DNA of 63,480 nt, the filler included, from Reticulomyxa filosa (lineage: Eukaryota > Protista > Foraminifera), in assembly GCA_000512085.1 (NCBI GenBank). It is 14 parts of 14 records of this genome, joined end to end, with 100 filler letters (N's around TTAATTAATTAA, not from the genome) between each part and the next. Parts side by side here need not be neighbours in the genome. Positions count along the whole stretch, not along the records: positions 51,667 to 57,528 come from ASPP01010945.1; positions 57,629 to 58,804 come from ASPP01038896.1; positions 58,905 to 61,403 come from ASPP01010433.1; positions 61,504 to 63,480 come from ASPP01020832.1; 10 more parts are not named here. One strand, written 5' to 3'. Below are positions 52,678 to 63,480 of this stretch, in pieces (position 1 is the first letter of the stretch; every line of letters begins with the position of its first letter). The position numbers were made by a program, and so were the translations under genes. The notes under the pieces were generated by a model. It did no database searches, had not been told where the DNA came from, and was given only the letters and a program-made list of their open reading frames with translations.

Positions 52678-53071
52678 CTATTGCTGAGAGGTTTTTTTGT
52701 TCAGGCAATATTTTTGCAAACCAATGCCAATACCAATTCCAACGAGAACGCAAACAACGGAATGCACTCCAATGCTGTTGCAGATCGACAAGCAGGACTT
52801 CGAGCTTCCACAGCAACTCGACTTAGCAGATTTGGCGTCACTGCCACATTTGCAATTTGGTCCGCATGAACAACAACTGTTTCCAAAAACATTAATATAC
52901 ATACACGATAGACCCAAAAAAAGAAAAGCGTTGGTACCTGCAGGGCTCGCAGTTGCACGGATCACAGGAGCAGCACGTACACCTGTAACCAACAACACTG
53001 GTTCGAAAGAAAACATTAGAATAGAGAGAAAAACAAAACTTCTTGGAACTAACGCTTTTTGATTCAGACAT
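52678..53071 (-). CDS. 96-aa metallothionein-like Cys-rich protein with C-terminal hydrophobic anchor; 3 exons
   Basis: Exons 53071-53040, 52997-52938 and 52876-52678 (GT-AG introns of 42 and 61 nt, both ending CAG) splice in frame to MSESKSVSSKNVVGYRCTCCSCDPCNCEPCSCCSCGPNCKCGSDAKSAKSSCCGSSKSCLSICNSIGVHSVVCVLVGIGIGIGLQKYCLNKKTSQQ* (18 Cys). Confidence 0.8.
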
Positions 53072-53992
53072 GTTAACAATAATAGACTGTGATCAAGAAT
53101 AAATGATAAAAAATTTTCTCGCAACCGTACATATCCCTAAAAAAAAGTTTATTTCAGTTGTACTCAAAACTATTTGTATTTTTCACATCGAAATAATATT
53201 ACACTTTGAACGATTAAATGATATAATAATCGATAATTGTAGACTTTGAACAACTCATAACAATAGACAGTAAAATAGCATCTTAAATAAGCAACCAGTG
53301 AGTTAAACTCTCACAACAACACTTTCTCTTTTCTTGTTTTCGTTGAATTCTTTGTCATTCGTACATTATTTTCATTAATTAATTTCGTTTTACTAAATTT
53401 TTTTTTTTGGAATAAAGTTCCTTCGTATTACACTTAGTTGACATAGTAATTTACAATTATAATAAATCACTAAGGTGAGTCCCAATAACATTTGTAAGTT
53501 TATTTATGAAAATAGATTTTTTAATTTGTTCAAATATCTCGAAAAAACAAAATAAAATGTTAGTGTTTTAGATTTTAATACAGGAACGAATTATTAACTT
53601 TCAAATTTTCAAAAAATGAAAAATAAAATCAATTGTTAACATTATGTGTAAATTGAACAATTAGAACACTTTAGATTAAAACTGAAAAGACAGTCCTGTG
53701 AAGCAATAAAAAATGAACATATACCAATTGATCCATTAAAACGTTCCGATACAATTTTAGAAGCGATCATGTCAAGATGCATAACAGCCAATAGACTGAA
53801 CGTCAAAAAACTCAATTAAAAATCAGTGTTGTTTTTGTGTTATGAAATTTCAATTTTGGTTTGTGGGTTGAAAAAAAAAAATTGATAGATTTGTTGTTAC
53901 ATATATGCTTTTAAGACATTTTGTTTTTAAATATCGAAGTTATGTTTAAAGTTATTTACAAAGACAAGTCAAATATAACGACATTTGTTGTA

Positions 53993-56430
53993 TCATTTTC
54001 GTCTTTTTCTCCGTCTTTGTTGTGTAGTCTTCAATTGTAATGAATTTTTGAGTTTATTTGATTCACTGTGATTTTCGGAGCGACTTTGTGCAGAACGATT
54101 GACAATGCAATGATTGGCCCCCCATTCAGGAAAAATAGAAAAGAGCCTTAAATCCTTGCTCTTTCGTAGTGATCGGACGCGATCTTTGAGTTGGACATTG
54201 GTTTTGTCTTTCAAAATCGGTCCAAATTCAGGATCCAGTTTAATATTGCGATAAATATGCTGCATATCCCACTTGTATTTGGATAGCCCTTTGTACAGGG
54301 CATTCGTTTCTTCGTGCGTGAACAGTTTTCTCTGCTTTCTCGTCACTGGATCCTCTTGTGCGATTTTACGTTTCTTCGCCGGGTGTTCGCAGTATTTTTT
54401 TTCTTCCAATGTCTTTTGATCACTTTCGCATTCTTGTTCTTCACAACGGCGTCGTTTGCTCTTTACCATTCTTTTATTTGTTTATTAGATCCCCCATACA
54501 CACATGTACATATATGTGGATTGTTAACTCTTGATCAACAAATATATATATGTGATCCTTATTTATGGAAGACTTAACGGTTGCCCATAAAAGAACTGGT
54601 CCAAAGAGGATACTTTGGGGTCAGTGTTTTCATCGACAGTATTGTTCAATTGTTTCAACGGCAATGTCTTGTTTGGACTGGGCTTTGAATCAACGTGTGG
54701 CCTTTCTTCTTTCGGACGCTCAAGCCCGACAACAAACTCTGCAGAATGCAAGCGAATCGTGTCAAACCCTTCACGTCCTACCAAGGGGCCATCCAAAGGC
54801 GTTGTCACAATGTCACTTTCATTCACGCTTTCAACGCGGCCCCGAAACACCACTGAGCAAAACGGTACCTTAACGCGGACCACTTGCCCTTGTGCAATAT
54901 CTGCTGGCCAATTCTTCTCTTTACCCCGGTCAAGGATGTCAGTATATCAAGTCACCCACACACACAAAAAAAAATGCTTGACATATGAACATTTGCTGAC
55001 ACAGCAAAAAAAAAAAAAAACAACAACCCCTTTGAAGGACGTTTTTGGACAAAAAATGTTGCTATTCGTTTTTGTTTGACAAACATCAAACTTTGTTGTT
55101 TTTGATTGGACTCTGCTGCGATCGAAATGGGATCATCTTTGTGATTACCTTGGAACTCAGGAATGGTGGAGGGTTGGTTTTGTGGGCTTGGTGGAGTCAA
55201 TTCAAAGGCCTGGCTATTCAGTTCGATGTCCACAAGCGATCCCGAATATTGGTCGTTCCAGACACTTTCCTCTTTGCTCGTCTCCGTTGCGTCGCTTTGC
55301 AATGACATTGGAGGCGCAGCAGAGTCGTCGATCACATTGCCTTTGTCTTCTGGTGCATCAAGTCGAAATCCACCTTGTATGGCTGCCAAGCACTTACTTC
55401 CGATCGTCGACATCGACTCACAAAAGTCACTCCATTTGTACTTTTTCAACAGCCGTTCGTCTTCCAATTCTTCCCTCGTTTTCCCCGCCAAATTTTTCAC
55501 CTTTTTTTTTTTCACATTTACAAACATATCCGTATTATATACATATATACATATATACATGTATGTACATATATAATAAACAAAGGACGAACTCGAAGAA
55601 TATCACGACAAGTGATATTAGTGCTAAAGCATCTGTCAATCAGACCAATAAACTCCTCTGGGTTGGACGTCATTAAATCGGTACAACTGAGGAAGGCCTG
55701 TTGTCAACAATGTATTTATAATAAATAATTAACACATATTCGAATGATCGATCTTGTTCAAACATTTCCTCACTTTAATAAATAATAAATACATACGTAT
55801 ACATATATGTATGTACATATATGTGTATACGTGAATAGCAAATGTATCGATTTGAGAGTAGAGCAATGTGCCATTATCGCATTGATTGATAATAAGCAGA
55901 CAATAATCGTAGAGCAACCCGAGTGTTTTGTAAAACCATCGTTGCTGTGCTATATCCTTTGGACGACGAAAATAAACATCGTATTCCAGCCCACTCTGTT
56001 TCGAGGGGTGGCTTGTCTTGCACAGTTCAACTATGTGCGCCAATGCCAAATAATATTGTTTTGGCTGATCGACAACATCATACCAGTCACTGATGTCAAC
56101 CATTTCTTTATTCACTCCACAATCTCGCAACAATGCTAATCATTTACCATTTTTTTTTTTTTTTAAATGTTTGCAAAAGATATGTTATATCACATTAGAC
56201 GTAATTGCGCGATATTATTTCTTTTTTTTTTTTCTCCAAAAGTTCTGGACGATATCCGAAAAAATTAACATTTTACAAGAACACAACAAAAAGCCCGAAA
56301 AAAACAACCCTGTGCCTCGTTGTGAGATTTATGCATTAGCAAGTTCACCACAGCCAATTGATTCTCTTGTGAAAGTTGATTTTGATAGTTCTTTGGTGTT
56401 TTGTCATTGCCAATAATGGATATGAACATT
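53993..56430 (-). CDS. TRF-like telomere-repeat-binding protein (C-terminal Myb/telobox), multi-exon; start approximate
   Basis: Last exon RKQRKLFTHEETNALYKGLSKYKWDMQHIYRNIKLDPEFGPILKDKTNVQLKDRVRSL resembles the telobox (R/K-T-x-V-x-LKDxxR). Upstream exons encode a helical region, an acidic linker and a small beta-rich domain. Confidence 0.75.
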
Positions 56431-56992
56431 GCATACAATTTCAAACCTTTTTTTTTTGGACCAAAGAAACCAAACGAATTTGTTGCGTTGATTTTAGCTA
56501 TTTTTGGGATTGCTTTTATTTGTGTCATTTTTATGTTTCTCTATTATACACACCTTGGAGGAAGTTGCTTTTTTTCGTATGCACTAACGCTTCCCCAAAC
56601 AGAAACAATTAATAAATCCTTTTCTTTCCTATTCCTATGTTATCCACAAAAATGTTTAGTGTGACGAAGTGGAAGAATTATCGTTAAAATAAACATTCTT
56701 TCGAAAAAAGCAAATCTTCAATAGTAACGCATAGAAAATAGCCTCACAACGACATTAAGATAAATCAAAATTCAATTTGTTGCTATCTACACTTGTTTTT
56801 TGTCCAAAGCATTAAATTTATCATTTTCCTTTTTTTGTTCTGTTTTTTTTTTTGGAATAAAAAAATCTAGAGTCGGTTGACATGAAAGAAAAAGTAAGAT
56901 TTACTGATAACAAAAAAAGGAAAAGTGTAGTATTTTTTCCAAAAAAAAAATACTACACTTTTCACAAAAGATGGTCATTATTTTGTTTTTTT

Positions 56993-57508
56993 TTAAGAAA
57001 AATCTCGTCTACGAACACGCTTCACATTGCTTGTACCAGCATTAGTTTGAGTGGCAGATTTTTCATCAAACTTGTGTATGATATACTTGGTATTTAAGAT
57101 GGTTACCGTGGTCTATGTAATCAAAGTGAGATCAAAGATGTATTTTTATCCGTTCCGCATGGATAAAAGAGAGAGAAAAGAAATCTAAAGAACTGAAGAG
57201 CTGGTAGGAATTCTTTCAATTTGAGCCGAAATATCAGGATCATAGGGTTTGAAGGTATCATCATTATCCTTCCATTCTGTCCGTCCCAAAAAAAAAAAAA
57301 AAAAAAAAAAAAAAGGAATTTTTTCTCATTTTGTAAGTATTGCAAAAGAAAGAGAAGAGATCACACACAGATACTGCTAACCCCAAACAAACTTGGCTTC
57401 GACTCGACGAATGATTCGTTTTTTTTTAGTGTGCACATTAGTTAGGAGGCAAGTGAATTTGTTTATCTTTTCCACCTCATATATATTTTTTCCATGGCTC
57501 GTCTTAAT
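56993..57508 (-). CDS. 3' end of a tandem WWE-domain protein; 3 exons, absent from the ORF track, 5' part lost in gap
   Basis: Exons 57508-57382, 57276-57194 and 57112-56993 splice in frame to IKTSHGKNIYEVEKINKFTCLLTNVHTKKKRIIRRVEAKFVWEWKDNDDTFKPYDPDISAQIERIPTSSSTTVTILNTKYIIHKFDEKSATQTNAGTSNVKRVRRRDFS*. Confidence 0.75.
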
Positions 57509-58948
57509 CTTTTTTTTTTTTTTTTTTTNNNNNNNNNNNNNNNNNNNNNNNNNNNNNNNNNNNNNNNNNNNNTTAATTAATTAANNNNNNNNNNNNNNNN
57601 NNNNNNNNNNNNNNNNNNNNNNNNNNNNCACTTTGAAATGAAAAAAAATTGTTAAATGGGGTACATCCCCCCCGTCTCCGAAAGGAGTTGAAGAGGTTTG
57701 TAATTTATTAATTTTTTTATTTTTAATATATTAAATTGTGATTTGTTTTATAATAGATGTCCCCAGCATATTAAAAAAAAAAAGTTTTATCCTTACCCTC
57801 CCTCATCTATGATAGAAAATAATGGGTTGAAGTCCAACCCGCATGGAAAAATAAAAAAAAGGGTTTGTACATTTGTTTGTATTTTTGTATTTATTATAAA
57901 AAATATGACTTTGTTTGTCCTTATCAATAGGCATGCCCCAATCAATGAAAAAATGTATTTATTTGCTCCCCCCCCCTTTTTATACACAAAAATGTTTTGT
58001 TTGATGCATTGCATCATGCTCAAGAAAAAAATAGGAATTGGAGTGGAAATTATGGCCAGGTTCCGTTCGACTAAAGTATTGTTTTCGTTTGTTTTTTTTT
58101 GTTTAAAAAATAAAAACATTATTTGTTGTTTTACAGACGTTCAAGATTCAATGCAAAGGAAAAATATTGGAAAAATAATAATAGAAGGGTGGGATAATAA
58201 ATTTGGGAAAATAATGAAAAAAATAATTAGAAAAAAGGGTGGAAAAGAATGGAAAAAATGGGGAAAAGAATATGAAAAAGAATGGGAAAAATGATGAAAA
58301 TAATGGGGAAAAAGAATGGGAAAAGGGTTAAAAAAATAAAATAAATGAAGAAAAATAAAAAAGGAAAAAATTATTAAAAAAAAAGAAAAAAACGTTGCGG
58401 TTCTGACAGTTAATTATCTTTTTTTTTTCATTTGTCTTTATTTAAAATCTAAAAAATGTTTGATGATGTATAGAAAGATTAACGTTCACGCAAACGCGCA
58501 AAATTTAAATGGATTTTTCGTGACTTTTCGAACAAGTTGTATCCAATTGGACTTTGGAAATGGCTTGGAACAAATACTTCAATTTTGGCATCATTCATTG
58601 GACCAAATGATTAAGTTATTTATTTCTTTTTTGCTGATCAAATAAAAAAATCTCTTTTGTTATTGAACGGTGTGCAAAACGATTTGCATTTTTTCTCTCT
58701 GTCATACTATAGGCAGCAAGACTGGAAGAATTTAATTGAATGGCATATCTGTTATCACATTGTCAATGTTAAAATCATACTTTATTTTTTTGCATTAAAA
58801 AAAANNNNNNNNNNNNNNNNNNNNNNNNNNNNNNNNNNNNNNNNNNNNTTAATTAATTAANNNNNNNNNNNNNNNNNNNNNNNNNNNNNNNNNNNNNNNN
58901 NNNNAAAAAAAAAAAGAAAAGCAATAACACACAAAGATAAGCCAGGAA

Positions 58949-61236
58949 ATGTCAGAACACAATAACACTCGCCATAAAACAAAAACTAAAAAAAAGATTC
59001 GATCAGTGGACGAAGCAACAGAGATGAACTCATCCAAAAAAGACAATGTACGACATTCACAATCGGCCGTGACATATGGTCGCGTGAATTCGATATCGTT
59101 GACGCACAGTCACACAAGGCCCCTGAAAACGCCCAAGAGCATGAGCAGGAGTTCATTATCGCGAGGCGGTAAGCAGCAATCGCCCAGCAAAGATAAGACT
59201 AAGCATCGACACAAGCGAGAAAGTAAGAACAGCGATGGTAGCAAACAGAAGAAAAGGTCGAAACATAAAAACAAGTACGAAGGCAAGAGCAAAGCATGTC
59301 AATCCAAGACTCCAAAGCAAAAGCAAATATCGTGTTCCTCCTCGAACTCTATCAATACCAACGGCAATAACGATGACGAGGGCAATGACGGCCGACGCTG
59401 TATAGCTCTGCAAAAAGTATTTCACAATTTCATTCGCCATCCTGTCACAAGTGATCTTTGGTCAGTTTTGATAAGTTCCCGTTCCTTGGAAATTTTATTC
59501 ATTGTCATATTCGGTATAAACCCTTTTTTTTTTTTATGAAGGGGGAGGGGGGGGGTTGGATCATTCTTGCAAAAAAAAAAATTTTTAAAAGTATACGTTA
59601 GTTTAAAAAAAAAAAAAAAAAATGCTCACATAATGCACGTCCTTAATTTTTTTTTTTAATAGAAATGAACCACAAAAAAAAAAAAAAAAAAAAAAAGGGA
59701 ATTCGGTGATATTGTTAATAATTGCACTGTTCAGTGAAGAGATTGGAATAAAGTGGCCATTCAAAGTGACCCCGGTGAACAGTGTGACGTTTCAATTAGC
59801 GAATGTGTTTTTGCTGATAAGTTACATGTGCACGAATATCTTGTGGCTTCGCATCGTGCTGACGCTGGCGACGACGTTTTTGATGGTGTGGGCGGGGACG
59901 TTCCCCTTTGGCAAGATGGTGGACGTGTTCATGTGGAACATGGTGATGATGCTGATCAACCTACGCCACTCGATCGTGCTGCTGTCGCAGCGCAGACCCG
60001 CACAGTTTGATCGGCCGGAACATGAACACATCTATGTCGAAATGTTCCAGGGGATCATGAGTCGAGCGGATTTCAAGACTTTGTGTGCTCCAAGTTTGAT
60101 TCGCCGATTACGAAAAGTTCACTTTTTTTTATTAAAAAAAAAAAAAAAAAAAAAATGATGCCCCCTTTTTTTTTAAAAAAAAAAAGGGACGTTATTATTG
60201 TCAAGTAAATGATGCGTGTAACAATTTAAGCATATTGATCGAGGGGACCATCCAGGTCCTGAAACCTGCTCAAGAGTCGACCTACAGCCTTCGCAAAAAA
60301 CCTCGCAAACTCTCTCTTCATCCACATAGCAATGGTAATGGTAATGGCAATGGCGATGAACAAGACGAAAACACACTCGACATTCGATCAGGGAGACCTA
60401 GGTATCGCTTCTCGATTTCTACATCATAATTTCTGTGTTTTGCTCTTTTTCTCTGTCTCTTCCAATTATTGGCAGACACCATATACACATATCCAAAAAG
60501 CGTTATAATTCGACAAGCATATCGCTCTTTGAGTCCGCGTGAAAAGACAGTGAGTTCGAATGACGATGAGGACAGTGGCCAGCAGCAGCAGCAGCAGCAA
60601 AAGAAACAGAAGAAAAAGGAAAAGCAAAAGCAAAAGCAAAAAGCGCACGAGAGCAAGGACAAGAAAGAAGACAACAAAGTCCAAGTCGTCAATGGCGAAA
60701 GAGAGAACAAAGAAGAAGAAGAAGAAGAAGAGAATGAGAATGAGAATGACAATGCCAACGAACAAAAAAAAGAAAACAATAATAACAATGTCAATCCAAA
60801 TGTTGGGATGGAAGATAAGAACAAAGATAAAGGCGAAAACGATGACAATGAAGAAGAAGAGAATCATAATAATAGTGATAATAATGATAGTGATGATAAT
60901 GATAATGATAAAAATACAAGTGATATTGGTGATGATGATGATGATGATGATGATGAGAGCGGCTCTAGTTCGGCCGATAACACAGTGGGCTCTAAAGAAG
61001 AGAAGACAATATGTATAAACCCATATGAATTCTTTGATTCTCCCGAGTGGCTAATGCGTCAAACACGCAGCGGCTTAAAGTTTAGTGTTTCCATGAAAGC
61101 CGTCAAGTCGTGCAGATATCTCATGTGGCCCAGAGAGGCCCTCTTAGATATACTCGAAAATAATCCCGCTTTGGAGGCCCCTTTGTTGGGAGTCTTGGGA
61201 ATTGACGTTGCTCGAAAATTATTCCGAAGCACTTGA
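58949..61236 (+). CDS. Popeye-domain-containing (POPDC/BVES-like) cAMP-binding membrane protein, multi-exon
   Basis: TM block FQLANVFLLISY...LWLRIVLTL...DVFMWNMVMMLINLRH...RPAQFD...IYVEMF; cNMP-fold LSILIEGTIQV; signature INPYEFFDSPEW...FSVSMKAVKSCRYLMWPREAL...GIDVARKL. Confidence 0.88.
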
Positions 61237-61531
61237 TCTTGCATTTGTATTATTTTATTTTAATTTTTTTTTTTTTTCTTCCCCTCCCTCCCCCTCCCTC
61301 CTCTTTCTTTACGGAAAGTTTGTGTTCTGATTCTTCGAAAAAAGTTTCTTTTTTAATATGTTTTAATAGAGCCATTTTTTTTTCCATTTATAAAAAAAAA
61401 AAANNNNNNNNNNNNNNNNNNNNNNNNNNNNNNNNNNNNNNNNNNNNTTAATTAATTAANNNNNNNNNNNNNNNNNNNNNNNNNNNNNNNNNNNNNNNNN
61501 NNNAAAAAAAAAAACAAACATAAAACAACTT

Positions 61532-62293
61532 ACTTGCACGTGTTCAAAAGTGAACATGTCCGAAAACTGCTGCAAGGAGGCAGCGTGGATTTGTGGGTGA
61601 TGTTGAGTGAGTATGGTAAGCAATTCTTTGTCCAGTTGATTTTGATAAGATTGAAACTCTTTTTTCTTGACTCTCGAAAGGTGTGCCAAAGTTTGTTCAG
61701 TGCTAACGACAACACTTGGGTTTTCATCGATCAAGCGCAGTATCAATGCGTTGAACAAGTGATTAGTGTTTGAAGAAGGAAGTAGTTCTTTTTGTGAAGT
61801 ATACGTGTTCCCAAAAAAATTTTTTTGTTGTCAATCGCAGTATCCTTACCGATCACTTGTGGGAGCACCAAGATGCTCCCTTGGCGGACTTTGGGATTGT
61901 CATGAATAAACCCCACATTGATCAAGGTATCAAGGATCAGATCCACAGAATATAATTGCTTTACGAACACAATCAAAGTGCTGAGAGTGGATCGACGAAT
62001 GATACCTTTGTTGTTTCCGAGATTGAGAATTAAATGGGGTAAAATGACCGGCAAGTGTATAGATAAATCAAGCACATGAGGAGCTATTTCCCTAATAACA
62101 ATATACATGCTTGGGTCACACTCCAATTCTCGTCCAACAAGCAATTGCACAACAATTGAAATAATCTCTTCACATTTAGAAGATCTAAGTTCTCACTGTT
62201 TTCTTTTACGTATGCACGCAACGCTGATATGGAAGAGTAGCGAGCGTTGTAGTTCGGATGTTTTAAGTTGTTTATTACTGTTGTTAAATCCAT
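61532..62293 (-). CDS. TOG/HEAT-repeat protein, TOGARAM/crescerin (FAM179)-like TOG1; truncated by gap, with frameshifts
   Basis: LLDENWSVTQACILLL / ILPHLILNLGNNKGIIRRSTLSTL...LDTLINVGFIHDNPKVRQGSILVLP / ALILRLID...EFQSYQNQL parallels the first TOG domain of crescerin. Pieces lie in different frames. Confidence 0.65.
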
Positions 62294-62922
62294 CTGAAGT
62301 GGCTGGCTAGTTTCGCGCGGATTTGTTTAGAAAAAACTCAAACAATTTTTTAATGCAAAAATTCTCAAAACAAAGCAAATCAAAAATTGAATGTAAACAT
62401 TTTCTATTAACTTTTATAATTATGTGTTGTTTTTGAGCTCACTTTTTTTGGCTTGTTCATTTTTTTTTTTGCTTGCTATGATGACGGCATCACATGCTCA
62501 AAACAACTTCGTAGTTTTTAATCATTGTTACATACTTCATTTTCAGTTTGGAAAAAATGTAAATTTAAACACTTTACAACATTGTCAAATTGTAAATCTG
62601 TTGAATAACTGTCACAAGGAATTATGTGCATTTAAATAAAAACACACTATTCTTTCATCTCGCTTCCCTTGTTCCGTGTTATAGTTTGCATTTACTCTTT
62701 AGAAAAATTATTGTCATAAAATTAACCCAACATTATTTTTTTTTTCCTCCAAAATATTTATGATATTTCATTACAAGTTATTTTGGATTTTTTCACTATA
62801 AAGCAATATTGTTTGTTGTTAACCACTTGTGATTGTTTTTTTCTTCACAAAATACCCTTTGGATACCTAGCTTTCGCCAGCAAAAGTCGAGTTTTTGTTG
62901 GTATTTATTATATTTGTATCAC

Positions 62923-63355
62923 ATGGCAGCAGGAGCAGTAGTTGAAATCACCTTCAGTGATTTTGAAAAGATAGTTCATAAGGGTTGTCCACCTCAGTCG
63001 TCAGTAGACATTCAAACACAATTCGACAAGTTTCAAAAAAAGAATGGCACAAACGATATACATCAAAAGGAGACAATTACGACCAAAGCATTGTTCGAAA
63101 GCGAGCCCTTTTTACATATACTGCTAGTTCTGAGAAGAAAAGAGAGGGAAAGGGGAAGAATAGGCAACGAAGAGGTATTGGTAGGCACATTAAGTGATGT
63201 ACGCACTGTCAAAAAATATCCAAACAAAAAAATAGAAAGCAGCACTTTGCGAACCAGCAAGAAATTCCAAGAATTTACAGGCAACTGAGCAAATAGAATT
63301 TGAATTGGAAAGCCGAAAGGCAATAGAAGCCTTGGAACATGTCGTTGAGGAACAA
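62923..63355 (+). CDS. Hypothetical protein, first exon
   Basis: ATG at 62923 opens MAAGAVVEITFSDFEKIVHKG...; the coding-like sequence continues in another frame (ATEQIEFELESRKAIEALEHVVEEQ) to a GT donor. No family recognised. Confidence 0.45.
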
Positions 63356-63480
63356 GTTCAGTTACAAACAAAAAAAAAAAAACTTTTTTTTTTTTTCCTC
63401 CGCCCCCTCCCCCCCCTTCTTACAGGTACATGAACTTTTTTTAAAAAAAAATTTGAACGTTGCAAAGGATAAACATGTGT

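Noticed and set aside
57629-58804. K/W/G-rich ORF 57743-58294
   Set aside because: Low-complexity, homopolymer-rich contig resembling poor-quality read sequence, with no recognisable protein.
19711-61503. Recurrent TTAATTAATTAA element flanked by Ns, and ORFs reading through it (...XXXLIN)
   Set aside because: Artificial six-frame-stop linker. It is not a biological repeat or CRISPR, and gene adjacency across it is not evidence of linkage.
1-63480. Alternative genetic code, tRNA/rRNA genes, CRISPR arrays, prokaryotic operons
   Set aside because: Conserved exons translate cleanly with the standard code and genes end in TAA, TAG and TGA. I saw no cloverleaf, rRNA or repeat-spacer pattern.

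Overview
AT-rich, intron-rich eukaryotic (protist) genomic DNA. It is not one continuous locus: 14 contigs are joined by 13 artificial 100-nt spacers (44 N + TTAATTAATTAA + 44 N). The short spliceosomal introns, the WD40 C-terminus 'ICSGSSDNTIRFWDIRSNKNELY', the NACHT protein, the 7TM-RGS protein and the abundant decayed genes point to a foraminiferan such as Reticulomyxa filosa (inference). Recognisable multi-exon genes: axonemal dynein heavy chain DNAH10-type, Sas10/Utp3, a TM + RING-H2 E3 ligase, NACHT NTPase, spartin/senescence-domain protein, CAP-Gly protein, Miro GTPase, transketolase, eIF3a, 7TM-RGS, TMEM198/DUF4203, CNOT2, DUF1761-like, WD40, TRF-like Myb/telobox protein, Popeye-domain protein and TOGARAM/crescerin. 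There is also an Hsp90 pseudogene, a decayed LINE (gag knuckles + APE) and a perfect 174-bp inverted repeat. Hand-splicing revealed coding sequence absent or fragmentary in the ORF track. The most striking is a 96-aa metallothionein-like protein with a C-terminal membrane anchor, lying tail-to-tail with an 81-aa STMP1-like microprotein; tandem WWE domains and the RING-H2 finger were found the same way. Many introns end in poly-A tracts rather than polypyrimidine tracts, often with complementary T-rich 5' ends. Family assignments come from motif recognition by eye, with no database search. Several single-base frameshifts in housekeeping genes look like homopolymer sequencing errors.
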